64,000 bases of DNA, taken from assembly GCF_006345805.1 (NCBI RefSeq), contig NC_043005.1, positions 79,484,001-79,548,000 on the forward strand, in the 5' to 3' direction. Source of the stretch: Octopus sinensis. Its lineage: Eukaryota. Shown one piece after another: positions 1 to 13,867 of this stretch; within the stretch, counting starts at the first letter, position 1; every line of letters starts with the position of its first letter. The notes under the pieces are model-generated. The model did no database searches and had not been told where the DNA came from. It saw nothing but the letters and a program-made list of their open reading frames with translations. Position numbers and translations under genes: made by a program.

Positions 1-89
1 AAAGATCACATATATATGCATGCATACGTACATACATAAATAAATACATACATACATACATATATGTATGTATGTATATGTATGTATGT

Positions 90-162
<73 letters not shown>

Positions 163-165
163 TAA
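1..165. repeat. (TA)n/(TATG)n microsatellite into which the Helitron 3' end is inserted
   Basis: Direct reading of the sequence. Confidence 0.95.
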
Positions 166-166
166 A

Positions 167-194
167 CTAGCAGGCGTACCCGGCGTTGTCCGGG
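167..194 (-). other. Helitron 3' termination signal
   Basis: CCCGG-N6-CCGGG hairpin (179-194) 8 nt upstream of terminal CTAG (167-170) on the minus strand. Confidence 0.9.
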
Positions 195-398
195 TTCGTT
201 GGTTCGAAAAGGCTTTGAAACTAATAAACACCCCCTTTCTTAAACACCTCTCACCCCTTATGGCAAGACTAATACCTAAGTAACTCATAAAGAGAAACGC
301 ACACGTAATAATACGACAACAATCAAGTGAAGAAATAAAACAACAACAATTATAACAGCAATAACGTAGGACTGAAATATGGCGCCAGTACGGCAAGT

Positions 399-2889
399 CT
401 ACAAAACTTCCTTATAAACAACATTTTTAGTTTTCCCATGGGGGGCGGGATTGAAGGCATGTAAACTGTTCCTACAACCCACTCTTGAGCAGCCAACGTA
501 CAGTTGACCGTGTGAAAAGCATGGTTCGGCTCAGTAAAGTCCAACGACAGACAGCGAGTGCCCGTGGGACTTATTAATGGGCATGGCGTAACTGAGTCTA
601 ATCGGAAACTGCAATCTGCAGAACGTGAAACGTAAGTCAGCAGCCGAAGGCACAAGGGCAATTCACAGTATGAAGACGTCTTGACCTTTACCACAGACGG
701 TCATAATCGTTGCAATATTAGGAAATAATTTTGTGATAACAAGGCGTGTACCGTTGCACAACGTCGGTGGATTTAAATTCCTTATGAGCATAACAGGGCT
801 ATCTGCTTTAAGAGTACGAATATGTGGAGGTACACCTGAAGGTTCCAAGGAATTCAAAAATTCAGTGGAATAATCAACTACCTCATCCTGATTGGGGATG
901 GTGTCTACTGACTTATAGACTCTCACGTCCTCAGGCAAACCCAGTAAAAAGCTGTTGGTTGCATTGACCGCAACGTTTTTAGGAGCCAAAATGGCTCTTT
1001 GGCAAAGCCAATCTAGATCTCTGCTGTGGACTTCTAGGTCTGAGAAGACCTGGTCATGAAGACTCTGAATAGTACTGGCTATTGTGCAAATGTAACTTAT
1101 GTCAACATCTTCATTTCCATCTTCTGTAACTTCACCATTGCCAAGAAGGAGATTGTTCCTCACAAAATCTTCTGACAATGGGTCCTCATGGAAGCGCGCT
1201 CTCATGTTGGATTCTAACTTTAAAGTAACAGCATGAACCCATAGAGGTGAAGACTTAAGGCATGCAATTACTTCATCCGCCTTTCGGAATCACTGGCATG
1301 GTTTGTCTAAAGTCCCCAGATAGCAAGACAGTGACACTCCCAATCGGTTCGTGGCTCTCCTTTATGTCTCGCAAAGTTCTATCTAATGCCTCAAGGGCAC
1401 CATTGTGAACCATTGTGCATTCATCTCAAACAATCAAGCTGCAGTTTGCGAGCAATTGCTCGTTGTCCGATGTCTTTGAAATGTTGCAAACAAGCGTTGG
1501 TGAACTTGCGAGGTTAAGGGAAAGCTTAAACGTAGATGGTGCTGTCCTGCCACCAGGGAGCAGAGTAGCAGCTATTCCCGAAGTTGCTACAGTTACTGCG
1601 ATGAACTTTTGTAGTCTTGCTTTTGCAAGCATGAGTCTAGTTACGAACATTTTGCTTGTCCCGCCAGGAGCGTTAAGGAAGAAAACGCCACCTTTGCGAC
1701 GCTGGACTTGCTGAACGATAGAGTTTGGTCAGATAGGAGGAGTGCCTCATTGATCTGTACATATGCGGATAGTTCAGTAATGTCATAAGATGTTTCCCGA
1801 ACAATCTCAGAAGGGAGATCATTTGAGGTAGGCCTTCCAGCGGGAGGAAGCCCGTAAGTGGTCATTACGTCACCGCCTAAAGCTAAAGACTTGTTTTCAA
1901 TCTCAATCATCGTTAGGTTGTATATTGTATCAGGGAAACCTTTGTTTACAGTAAGGAATGACAGCTGAGCAGCTCGCCTAAAATTCTCGGACAGATCATT
2001 CCTAAAGTGAATCCACAAAGAATACGAACTACTGGGTGCACAATTGTGCAGTATGACAGCAAAAAAGAGTTCTAAAGCTTCCAGGCAATTTGGAAACACA
2101 ATCCTCTGATAAGCAGGCTTGTCACTGCCCGTCATCTTCAAGATTACTGCGCTGTTGACATGCCTCCATGTATGTTGCAAAAGCGTTTACATCTTAAATC
2201 CTGAAAGCAAGTTGGGCCTGTTACTTTGTGTAGAAGAAGGCGGAAATGAAAGCACTCAGTCCGATTAGGGTGCACTGTATAAACGCGCCCAAGGCAATCA
2301 TTGAACTTAATGCCTTCGTGCCCTTGAACTGTTTAACCTGTCTTCATTCTCCTCCACGTCTAGTTGTTCCAGGTGGGTAAAGGAGTGTCTGTGCAAAGGG
2401 ATAAACCTGACAAAGTTTTAAAAACTTAGCGAGCGTAGTTTCTGATGGATCCTGTGCTACGAGGGCAGCAGTGGTTTCACTGAAATACATTCGTTGGTCG
2501 TTTTCGAGATGAACAGGAAGCTGAACAACGGCAGCATACCTTTCGTGTATTAAAAAACTGAAAATAAGCCAAAACGCTTCATTGCTGCTTATATACTGTG
2601 CAGCGTGGGACTGCGTTACTTCATCGTGTTGGTTGAAGCTTTGGAGGCTAAACATGGCGGTATCGCACTCTTTGTTAACGTATTTGCAGACATATTTGAT
2701 TGATTTGATGGAATTGCAAAATTCAACGTTGATATGTGCTTTAAATGTCCTTGAAAGAAGCGAACAGTAAGGTATTATCCATCTATTGTCAACTTCGAAT
2801 TTCCTTATGGTTAAGGTTAAGCCTCCGTCACATGGCTTCCTACGCCTATACAGTGGGTACCCGTCTTGAGCAGTTTGAGTCTGGGACAC
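399..2889 (-). pseudogene. Helitron RepHel (Rep C-terminus + PIF1-family helicase), frameshifted
   Basis: ORF pieces 2344-2889, 1641-2180, 1426-1650, 663-1205; Walker A-like GGVFFLNAPGGTSK, ATSGIAATLLPGGRTA, RAILAPKN, LIRNLNPPTLCNGTRL, then in another frame FPIRLSYAMPINKSHG and FSHGQLYVGCSRV, ending KNVVYKEVL* (TAG 399-401). Confidence 0.93.
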
Positions 2890-3094
2890 GAAGACGCACT
2901 TCTATTCAGTTATTGTTAAATCATATTAATGCAATAATGTGTATAATATATGTATAATTCAGCAATTACCAGCTAAAAGTGATCCACTGAAAGGATTGTA
3001 GTCATTTGTCAGAAAGTTTGCTTATTCCATCTCGTACAAAAATCCATTTACATATGCGTGTATATATGTGTGTGCATGTGTGAGTGCATACGTA

Positions 3095-3134
<40 letters not shown>

Positions 3135-3540
3135 TGTACGCACGCGCGCGTAAGTCAAGATGCTATTCGGGAACATTCAGAATAGATCGATGAGACAGAA
3201 CTTAAAAACGTATTTGAGAGATTCGTCATATATTTCTAGTTCCAGGAGAACGATGAGAAAAGAAATTCTTGCATCTCGAGCGTTCTCCTTTCTTGCAAAC
3301 GTATTTTTCATGAGAATTTTTCACGACTTTTAAGGCTAAAGTGGTTGTGGAAGGATTTATCGATCTACGTTTCCGTTCCCTTGAAGTGACTTTTCATTTA
3401 CATTGCAACCAGTAATAAAGGCCCGATTATCACATTTAGAACAAAACAGTTTTCTCCAATCGTTAGCACGTGTGATTTCTATTGGTCATCCATTTTTTGT
3501 AAAGAAAATGATAGGTATAAAAATCCACTGTTTCTGCCTA

Positions 3541-3711
3541 ATAGTAGTAGTAATAATAGTAGTAGTAGTAGTAGTTGTAGTAGTAGTAGTAGTAGCAGCA
3601 GCAGCAGCTGTAGTAGTGGTAGTAGTTGCAGCAGTAGCTCTAGCAGTAGTAGTAGCAGCAGCAGCTGAATTAGTGGTCGTAGTAGCAGAGGCAGCAGCAG
3701 CAGAAGTAGTA

Positions 3712-3747
<36 letters not shown>

Positions 3748-4032
3748 ATAGTAGTAGTTGTAGTAGCAGCAGTTGTAGTAGCTGCAGTTGTAGTAGTGGT
3801 ACTAGTGGAAGCAGCAGCAGCAGTAGTAGTAGTAGTAGTAGTAGTAGTAGCAGTAGTAGTAGTAGTAGTAGTAGTAGTAGCAGTAGTAGTAGTAGTAGTA
3901 GTAGTAGTAGCAGCAGCAGCAGCAGCAGCTTTAGTAGTGGTAGTAGTTGCAGCAGTAGCTCTAGCAGTAGTAGTAGCAGCAGCAGCTGAATTAGTGGTCG
4001 TAGTAGCAGAGGCAGCAGCAGCAGAAGTAGTA

Positions 4033-4092
<60 letters not shown>

Positions 4093-4192
4093 ATAGTAGT
4101 AGTTGTAGTAGCAGCAGTTGTAGTAGCTGCAGTTGTAGTAGTGGTACTAGTGGAAGCAGCAGCAGCAGTAGTAGTAGTAGTATGGGGAATGC
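3541..4192. repeat. Compound (GTA)/(GCA) trinucleotide array with an internal ~350-bp higher-order duplication
   Basis: Two near-identical blocks carrying the same interruptions (gctctagca, gaattagtggtc, ggtactagtggaagca). Confidence 0.95.
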
Positions 4193-4550
4193 GCTCTAAC
4201 AGCACATCACTGCATCCATTTGTTACTGATCCCTACCTCTGGCCGATGACACTTTTGGACAACCCACGTGACAACTCTCCCATCCAATCTATGGGCCTGA
4301 TGGGACAGTCGTGGCTTCTGGGGGCTTTAGAAGGTTGGAGTGCAAATCCCACCTCAGATTATGTAAACCGTCTTTTTACGTCAGGCAGTGGAAACGCTGG
4401 GTCTATTCTTTGACATGCCGGCCCCCACACAGCACTAGGGCAACGCGAAATAAAGTGTTTGGCTCACGAACTCAACACACCATCCGGTCCGGGAATCGAA
4501 CCACGATCTACAAATCGTGAATGCAACAACTTAACCACTCGGCCTCGCGT
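4186..4550 (-). mobile_element. Degenerate tRNA-headed SINE-like element ending in a (TAC)n tail
   Basis: Minus-strand A box (ggccgagtggtt) and B box (ggttcgattcc) at ~4490-4545; 3' end runs into the trinucleotide array. Confidence 0.55.
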
Positions 4551-5802
4551 GATTTATATTATTTCTTTATGTCTGTAAGCAGGTCCGTCTCTGATTTGCA
4601 TCCTCGTCTAGTCGATCAGAAAATGACTTGTCATGTTCTGGGGGTAAATCCAAGTCAATGTAAATCTTCCCCGGTATACATTATGTGGTCTTTGCTCCTT
4701 TGTAAGAAAACATAATTATTAGTTCTCTCATGTCACGAAAGGCTGCCTGTATGGATTCGATAATGTCTTATTACATGCAATAATGTTTGTTAATTTCTCC
4801 ATTAGGCATTCCTGCAACTTCGATGCCATTAAAAATAAAAGCGAGAGAGAGAGAGAAAATAAAATGGATTGTAAATGCGAGATGGTAATATATATCGAAG
4901 CAAAGGTTCGGAGACAATTTTTACAATGGTCTCTATGTTTTCGTGCAATTGAACTAGGTTAAGTAGTGTTTCTTTTAAAGTTCTCTGTCTATTTCATGTA
5001 ATGAACAAAACCGAGTGATTTATTTTCATGAGAAATGTGTTTCAACATGTCTTTCATCTCACAAAATAACTATTTAAATTGTAGAGGGGAAAATTTGTTT
5101 GAATTTATACTTCTTCCGGGAAAAGCTTTATTTCTTTATTTATTTTTTGTGATAGCACAGAACTTGCAACTTTGAACATAAAAAGAAATTATTTAACAGA
5201 ATAAAAATTTTTTTTTACATAAACAAGACGAAGAAAGACCGTTTGTGAGCAAACCTTTAGAAGCAACAAAGCAAGGCAAAAACAACACAATTGATGATGA
5301 GGAAAAAAACCATATAAATTGCATAATAATGAGTAGCAGAGTTTGAGTGAGTGAATGTTAATCACAATAAAGATGTTTGACAAGATGAAATACAGAAAAT
5401 TAAAGGGAGGCAATGGTGTTTAAAATCGCCATTTTGGATTAACGCTGACCTTTCCTTCTCGTATGCCTCCCACACACACAAAACCTCGCACAAAGACACA
5501 CAGTCGTACACATACATGCAGATAAGAAAAATTCTGATACGAACTACAATCACGCAAAAATGTTGGATGTCTTCCGACACGTCTTACAAGAATAAGATCG
5601 TTTAAAGAATTCGGGTAAAAAAAAAAATGTCTAGCTCTGATAATGGACCACTTTAGATTAACAACTCTCGAATCAACGTCATCAAGTAACACGTGACATG
5701 AGAGGTGATGCCTTTTTTTATGTTTGTAAGAGCATATTCTAGTAAGGATTCTCCGCAATTGCATATCATATATTACATACGTGTGTTTAGTGTGTATATA
5801 TG

Positions 5803-5857
<55 letters not shown>

Positions 5858-6974
5858 GAGAGATAAACACACATACACACACAAAGCAAATATGCAATTT
5901 TATATTAAAATGCATTTGCGAATTTTTCGTTAAGTGATTTCATTTAATTTCTATCGAAAATATATCCTCGCCTTTACTGCATCAGACAGCCACACACTGC
6001 ACACACATATGCACTCATTTCCTCTCCTCCACGGACGTCTAACACTCAAAAGCACACACACAAATACATCGGCAAATGCTTCGACACACATGCATGTTAA
6101 GTCTGGCTTGTGCACACGTTTCTTTAAATAGTACAGCAATATTTTTGACGCCTTTCAACTCACTCAAGTTTTCCTACGTTTTTCTACGGTAATTTTATCA
6201 CAAATATACCCACATAAATAAACAAGCATAGACAAACACAGTCACATATACAAGTATATACGTATGCATTGATATATAGATAGATATAGATATAATTATA
6301 ATTAAGATTTCTCGAGAAACAGCAACTACATGCTAGAAGTAGATGTCCAATGATTCTAAAACCACATCTTTATTTTTATACGCCATTATTACAAATGGAA
6401 ATCGAGGTCAATGAATAAAAAATGTTTGGCAAAGTTTTTAAGGTTAGTTGTAGATGAACGATTTCTGCTTTAGTAATATCAGAATTACTTTATCTTCGTC
6501 AGTAGAATATACCAAATCGTAGATAAATGAAAATATCTATACACACCCATACAAATACATGTTTATATGCACGAATACATACATATATGCACTTGTATAT
6601 ACAAAGCAAATCCGATTATTCATCTCAACCACGTGTGTATTTGATCAACATAAACCGCATATAATAAATATAATGATCGGAGTGAGTAAATATGATAAGT
6701 GTGCGTGTGTGTGTGTATACAAAATGAGGGATAAAATCATAAAAAAATAACAATCACATCAGCGACCAGCATGTAATAAAAACCATATAGGTAAGAATTA
6801 ATATAAACATAAAATTATATAATTATATAGATATAACTATAATTAAGGGTGCTGAGAAGCAGCACCTATACGCTAGAAATAGACACGAAATAACTCTAAA
6901 ACCACATAATTTTTTACACTCTATTAGCATACGTTGAAAGCGAAATAAATTACTAATTCATATATATATACACA

Positions 6975-8577
6975 TCAATCTTTAAATCTTTAAAATGTTT
7001 TAGCTTCAAAACTGTAGTCATACTGGGGCACTATCCCTGACTGAGTTACACCATTATTTGAAACCTCTTCCGATAATTGGCATTTGGTCAATGAGGGAGC
7101 TTCATGCCACTGCCCTCATTTGTGTTTCCTACCGTGAGGTAGGCTCGTCTGGATCCTTGACAGGAAGAGATCCAGTTTTGTTTTTAAAGACTCTTACATC
7201 CACACCATGCAGGTCTCTCAGGCACTCTGGATGGATATTGAAAGCTGTAGGCCATTGAAAGCCAAGCTGTTGCAACATCTGGTCCTGTGTTGGAATTGCT
7301 GAGAACTTTGGAAATTTGCAGTGGCACCCCATTCTGCTGTTTGAGTAACTTTTAATTCCAAAGTATGGTACAAGGCCTTCCAGGAATTTCCAGATCTATA
7401 TGCCTGCATATATTTCCTTCCTACGTTTCAGTTTTTCCAAGTAACTGATGCGTTTATTGAAACGATTTTCTTCGAGTTCCGCTGCTAAATTTATACTGTG
7501 TTGTGACCATAATTGGGAGCAGTAGTCTAAGCGGCTGAGGACGTGTGTCCTCCAAAGTACCATTAATATCTTCTTTTCTCTTGTTTTGAAAGTTCGGAGA
7601 TCCAGCCAGCTAACCGTTTGTATTTTATTACTAAATTGGTAATATGCTCTTGGAAATTGCCCAGGCCACGCACTGATTTCGATTCAGGAATTGCTATTCC
7701 ACCCGAGCCAGTATATCCTGTCTGCACAACGTTCAATTCTGTGTGCTGGTAGCGCAGGGTTTGGACTTTTCCTGCATTAAACTGCATGTTGTTCTCCTTA
7801 ACCGACCCGTATATTGCGTCCCGCTCCCGTTGCAGATGTGCAATATTTCTTGGATTGTGTATTGTCTGAGAGAATTTGGTTTCATTTGCATAGCAAGGGT
7901 ATGTATGTGTGGGCTACTATGAATAGGAGTAACCTTAAGACAATGCCCTGTGAAACACCACTTGCTTTTATATTTCCTTAGAGGTGGCTCCTTTGGCCAC
8001 CACTGCCTGACGTCTAGCTTTTAGAAAGTGTGTAGCCACTCTCTAAGATTTCCGCCTTTACCAGGATCACGCAGTTTGTGAAATATCATACCATGTTCGA
8101 ATTTATCAAAAGGCTTTTGCAAAAATCGAGATATATCACCCACTCGCAGTGTTGCAAGAGCTGTGTTAGACTGTGTCGAAATCTAAGCTGGATGTCAATC
8201 AGCAGGTCATTTTCTTCAAGGAATGCGATTAGTTTCTTGCTCGTTCCATGACTTTGCTGATGTGTGAGATCAGAGAGATAAACCTATAACTTTTAGCATC
8301 TGCTCTGTTTCCTACATTACGGATAGAGTACATTATCCCTTCCTTCAGTTTGTCTGGGAGCATATCACTTGCAGTAAAGCTCTGAAAAAGAAGCTACTGT
8401 GGTTTTGCAAGGGCTCGTTTGCACGATTTGAAAAGTACCGTCGGAAATCTATCAGGACCAGCAGCTGAGTTTGTGTGAACCTCATGGCCAGTGCTACATC
8501 TTTCTTCTTCAATGTTGATATGCTCAGTTTTTGCCTCCTTAATTACAGGTGAAGTGGCAAAGAATTCTGCTAGTTTG

Positions 8578-8580
<3 letters not shown>
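6975..8580 (-). mobile_element. CR1-type non-LTR retrotransposon, RT region and 3' end, degenerate
   Basis: Minus-strand peptides NSAAGPDRFPTVLFKSCKRALAKP, YRFISLISHISKVMER, YISIFAKAF and NMQFNAGK...LRY are typical CR1/L2-group ORF2 motifs; many stops and frameshifts. Confidence 0.88.
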
Positions 8581-8637
<57 letters not shown>

Positions 8638-8673
8638 CAAACTAGCAGAATTCTTTGCCACTTCACCTGTAAT
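8542..8673. repeat. Perfect 132-bp palindrome (39-bp arms around (AT)27)
   Basis: 8542-8580 is the exact reverse complement of 8635-8673. Confidence 0.97.
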
Positions 8674-9259
8674 ATATATGTATATATATTTACAGAAATC
8701 AAAAGACGGATCTCTATGCGTGTTTATATCCTTGTTCATGGATGCATATATATCTCCTTAGTTCATCTCCTTAGTATGTATTATAATTAGTCCCATCACA
8801 GTTCACCTCCTTAGTATGCATGATATCTAGTCCCACAGTCTATCTCCTTTGTAAGTACGATAATTAGTCTCACTGTTTCCTTTAACCTTCAGCTACCCTC
8901 TTTCCTATTTTCGTCTGGAGAAATTGCTTTTTGTATCGTTTGATTAATCATAGAAGAGAAACAGAATACATTACGTTATGGCGGAAACACAGTTCATCAG
9001 ACGAGTCATAATGATAGGAACTCGGTTCGAAGAGAAGCGTAATTAATTAACATATGCTGGTTTCTATCCACCCCTTTATCACCTCTACCAAACTTGGGCT
9101 CACTTTTACGTAAGAAACTAGGAATTAAATACATTCGAAATGACTTTTACATAAACAATGAATCAGAAATGAAATATCAGCCATCATTTAACAGTAGTTG
9201 CTCATTTTATGCACTACAATGCTAATTCAGTATTGAGATACTGTAAATGGATATAAACA

Positions 9260-11070
<1,811 letters not shown>

Positions 11071-11418
11071 TTATCGTAATGCCTATTCGTATATTTTCTG
11101 ATTTCTGTCTCTCGTCTTCCGTTTCTTAAATGAAAAGAAAAAAAATGATACACATTCAGAAAATGTATACTTTTCATTTTATTTCTCTTTATTAAAAGTA
11201 AGACTATGTAGTGGAATAAATACGGTGCTAAAACTTCAATTTTAACAGATATTCGTTCAAATCTTCAGTAGTGGGTGTTTTCTTTTTCTGTTGACCATTT
11301 CATCCTCACATGCCATAGATTACTGATTCCATTGATTGAGGGAGTCACATGATCAAAAGTATTCCAACCACGACTGTTTCTTCTTTCAGCTCTGCACTTT
11401 GAGTAACGTGATAGAATG

Positions 11419-11720
11419 TATGAAGTTGTCAAGAAAGTTCTTGCGTTTTTTCACCTTTAAATTCAGATGCACCATATCTCGGCTCAATTAAAACTTCATT
11501 AATAGAAATAAATCCCATCAGAATCAACAGACTTTTGATAACGCGAAGCAAGTTTATTTATGCCAGTTGCATAAAAATCCTGCGTTCTGGTGGCCAAGAA
11601 GTCGTTAAAGGGGTTTCTAGCATCGTCTTAGTTGTTAAAGCATTTCTCACACAGGAAGTTGTCGAGATGGTTGAAAAAGTGGTAGTCGGTAGGCGAGAGG
11701 TCTGGTGAGTATGGCGGATG
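11419..11720 (-). mobile_element. mariner transposase C-terminus plus 3' TIR remnant (Hsmar1/cecropia-like)
   Basis: HPPYSPDLSPTDYHFFNHLDNFLCEKCFNN*DDARNPFNDFLATRTQDFYATGINKLASRYQKSVDSDGIYFY*; TIR-like AAAACGCAAGAACTTTCTTGACAACTTCA ending in TA at 11419-11420. Confidence 0.9.
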
Positions 11721-11740
11721 AGCCTTGTGAGCCCGTCGTA

Positions 11741-11771
<31 letters not shown>

Positions 11772-12002
11772 GTATGCATGTATATGTGTGTGTATATATT
11801 TCTGTGTCTGTGTTTGTCCACACCAACATCGCTTGACAACCGATGCTGGTGTGTTTACGTCCCCGTAACTTAGCGGTTCGGCAAAAGAGACCGATAGAAT
11901 AAGTAGTAGGCTTCAAAGAGTAGGTCCTTGGGTCGATCTGTTCGACTGAAGGTGGTGCTCCTGCATGGCCGCAGTCAAATGACTGAAACATGTAAAAGAG
12001 TA
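11721..12002 (+). mobile_element. SINE family A, 3' half with internal microsatellite
   Basis: agcccgtcg-(TA/TG)n-...cggttcggcaaaagagaccgatagaataag...catggccgcagtcaaatgactgaaaca matches other copies. Confidence 0.88.
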
Positions 12003-12131
12003 CAAAAAAATTAGTAATGCAAATGATTTTTGATAGAAAGCAATTACTTTAAACGATTACACTATGTAAAAGGATGAATAGAAAAGATAATGTTTAATAT
12101 CTATTTATGAATCAATATATGCCGAAATATG

Positions 12132-12346
12132 AGGCGCCGAGCTGGCAGAATCATGATCGCGCCAGACGAAATGCTTAGTGGCGTTTCTCCCGACTCTATG
12201 TTCTGAGTTCAAATGCCTCCGAGATCGACTTTAGGGTTCATCCCTGCAGTGGTCAATAAAATCAGTACATGTTGAGTGCTGGGATCGATGTAATCAACTT
12301 AGTAGCTCTCCGAAATTGCTGGCCTTGTGCAAAAAATTAAAACCAA
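12132..12346 (+). mobile_element. SINE family B monomer (short tail)
   Basis: ggcgccgagctggcagaa head, gagttcaaat B box, gtcgact...ctggccttgtgc tail. Confidence 0.8.
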
Positions 12347-12590
12347 TATATGGCGAGATAGATACACAATACTTACACACAATATGACGCTACGGCGCAC
12401 CTACGACTTTATCAGGATTTGAGCACTCAAGCAAGGTTTTAATGAATACCTGATATGAAATATTTTTTATATAGTATTGCTGTAACAGGCATTTCTACTT
12501 GTAACCCTATTTTCTGCTCATTGTTACATTTACGAAAATATTGTATTCATCTGTTGATTCATAAGGGTGTCGTAATTATTATTTTATTTA

Positions 12591-12960
12591 TTTATGCGCC
12601 TAGTCAGGCTCATGGGCCCGGTTTCCCAGTTTTTGTGGCGTATCTGTTCTCCCCACCTGGACGGAACGCCAGTCCATCGCAGCGTTACTCAAGAAACAGG
12701 AAGAAAGAGTGAGAGAAAGTTGGGGCGAAAGAGTACAACAGGGGTGCCTCCCTAGCCTGCGGAGCCTCGTCGAGCTTTAGGTGTTTTCGCTCAATAAACT
12801 CATACAACGCCCGGTCTGGGAATCGAAATATTGTATTTATGTGTTGATTCATAAGGGTCTCGTAATTATTATTTTATTTATTTATGCGCCTTTTCAAGCC
12901 TAGCCAGGCTCATGGGCCCGGTTTCCCAGTTTCTGTGGCGTATCTGTTCTCCCCACCTGG
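12591..12960 (-). mobile_element. SINE family C (tail type i), 5'-truncated, with locally duplicated tail
   Basis: Matches 37266-37579; tail repeated at 12881-12960. Confidence 0.85.
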
Positions 12961-13081
12961 CTTTGATCGGCCCGAGTCTATAGTAGAAGAAACTTGCTCT
13001 TGGTGCCACGCAGTGGGATTGAACCCGGAACAATGTTGTTGGTAAGCAAGCTACTTACCACACAGCCACTCCTACGCCTAT
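12961..13081 (-). mobile_element. SINE family A, tRNA-like head
   Basis: Reverse complement of gagtggctgtgtggtaagtagcttgcttaccaac...ccgggttcaatcccactgcgtggcacc. Confidence 0.85.
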
Positions 13082-13797
13082 TCAGGAGAAAGTTCCATGA
13101 GATCGAAACTAATATTTCAATTGGTTCTTCATTTATCGTTACCAGAAGACTGCTTTGAATACGAAATGAAGTCCCACGTAATATCATACTGCAGTGCACG
13201 GGGCTCTGTCCAACGCTTTAATGAGGTGGTGGGATACTGCTTAGGTTGGCTTTGCTTTTCATGCTTCTGGGTGGATAAAAAAATACCAGTTGAACACTGG
13301 GGTCGATGCAATCGACTTGCTCCTCTCTCCGATATTCCTGGCCTTGGCTAATCTTTGCAACCAACATTATATTAGATATATATTGGCAACTATGATCTGC
13401 ACAAATCCTTTCCCATACTTTGAAATTTACGTGAATGGAATAATAATAGTACAAACGTGAGAGAATATCAAACCATTTGGTATTAGCGGATGTTTTCGTT
13501 AATTTATTGATTATCAATTTCACTAATTATAGTTCTTAAAGAATTTCAATTTCGTTATAATTGTTATTGATATGTAGTTGTAAATGAGGCAGCGGTTCAG
13601 CCATGGGTCAGTCTTGAAGCAATTATGACGTGTGGTAGCACGCAATGAGACCGAACCTGCAATCATGAGGTTGGGAAACATAGTTCTCAACCATTCACAC
13701 CCTCTTCAATATAGACGTTCACACGTACATACGCACACACATGCATCTGTAGATACGCGTGTTTGTGCACATATGCAGATGTGTATATATATATATA

Positions 13798-13858
<61 letters not shown>

Positions 13859-13867
13859 GTATATAAA

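Larger units (their letters stand above)
167..2900 (-). mobile_element. Helitron (rolling-circle DNA transposon), 5'-truncated, degenerate
   Basis: Rep C-terminal motifs (YPLYRRR, DNRWIIPY, AHINVEFC, SIKYVCKYVNK) and PIF1-helicase motifs on the minus strand; canonical 3' end (hairpin then CTAG followed by T) at 167-194. Confidence 0.95.

Noticed and set aside
5400-5720. YY1-like CGCCATTTT and CACGTG E-box
   Set aside because: Isolated short motifs with no other support for a promoter.
8990-9030. CTGATGA on the minus strand (similar isolated CTGACGA at 6495, 9650, 16135, 39965)
   Set aside because: No properly placed stem II + GAAA + stem III/I; chance heptamers.
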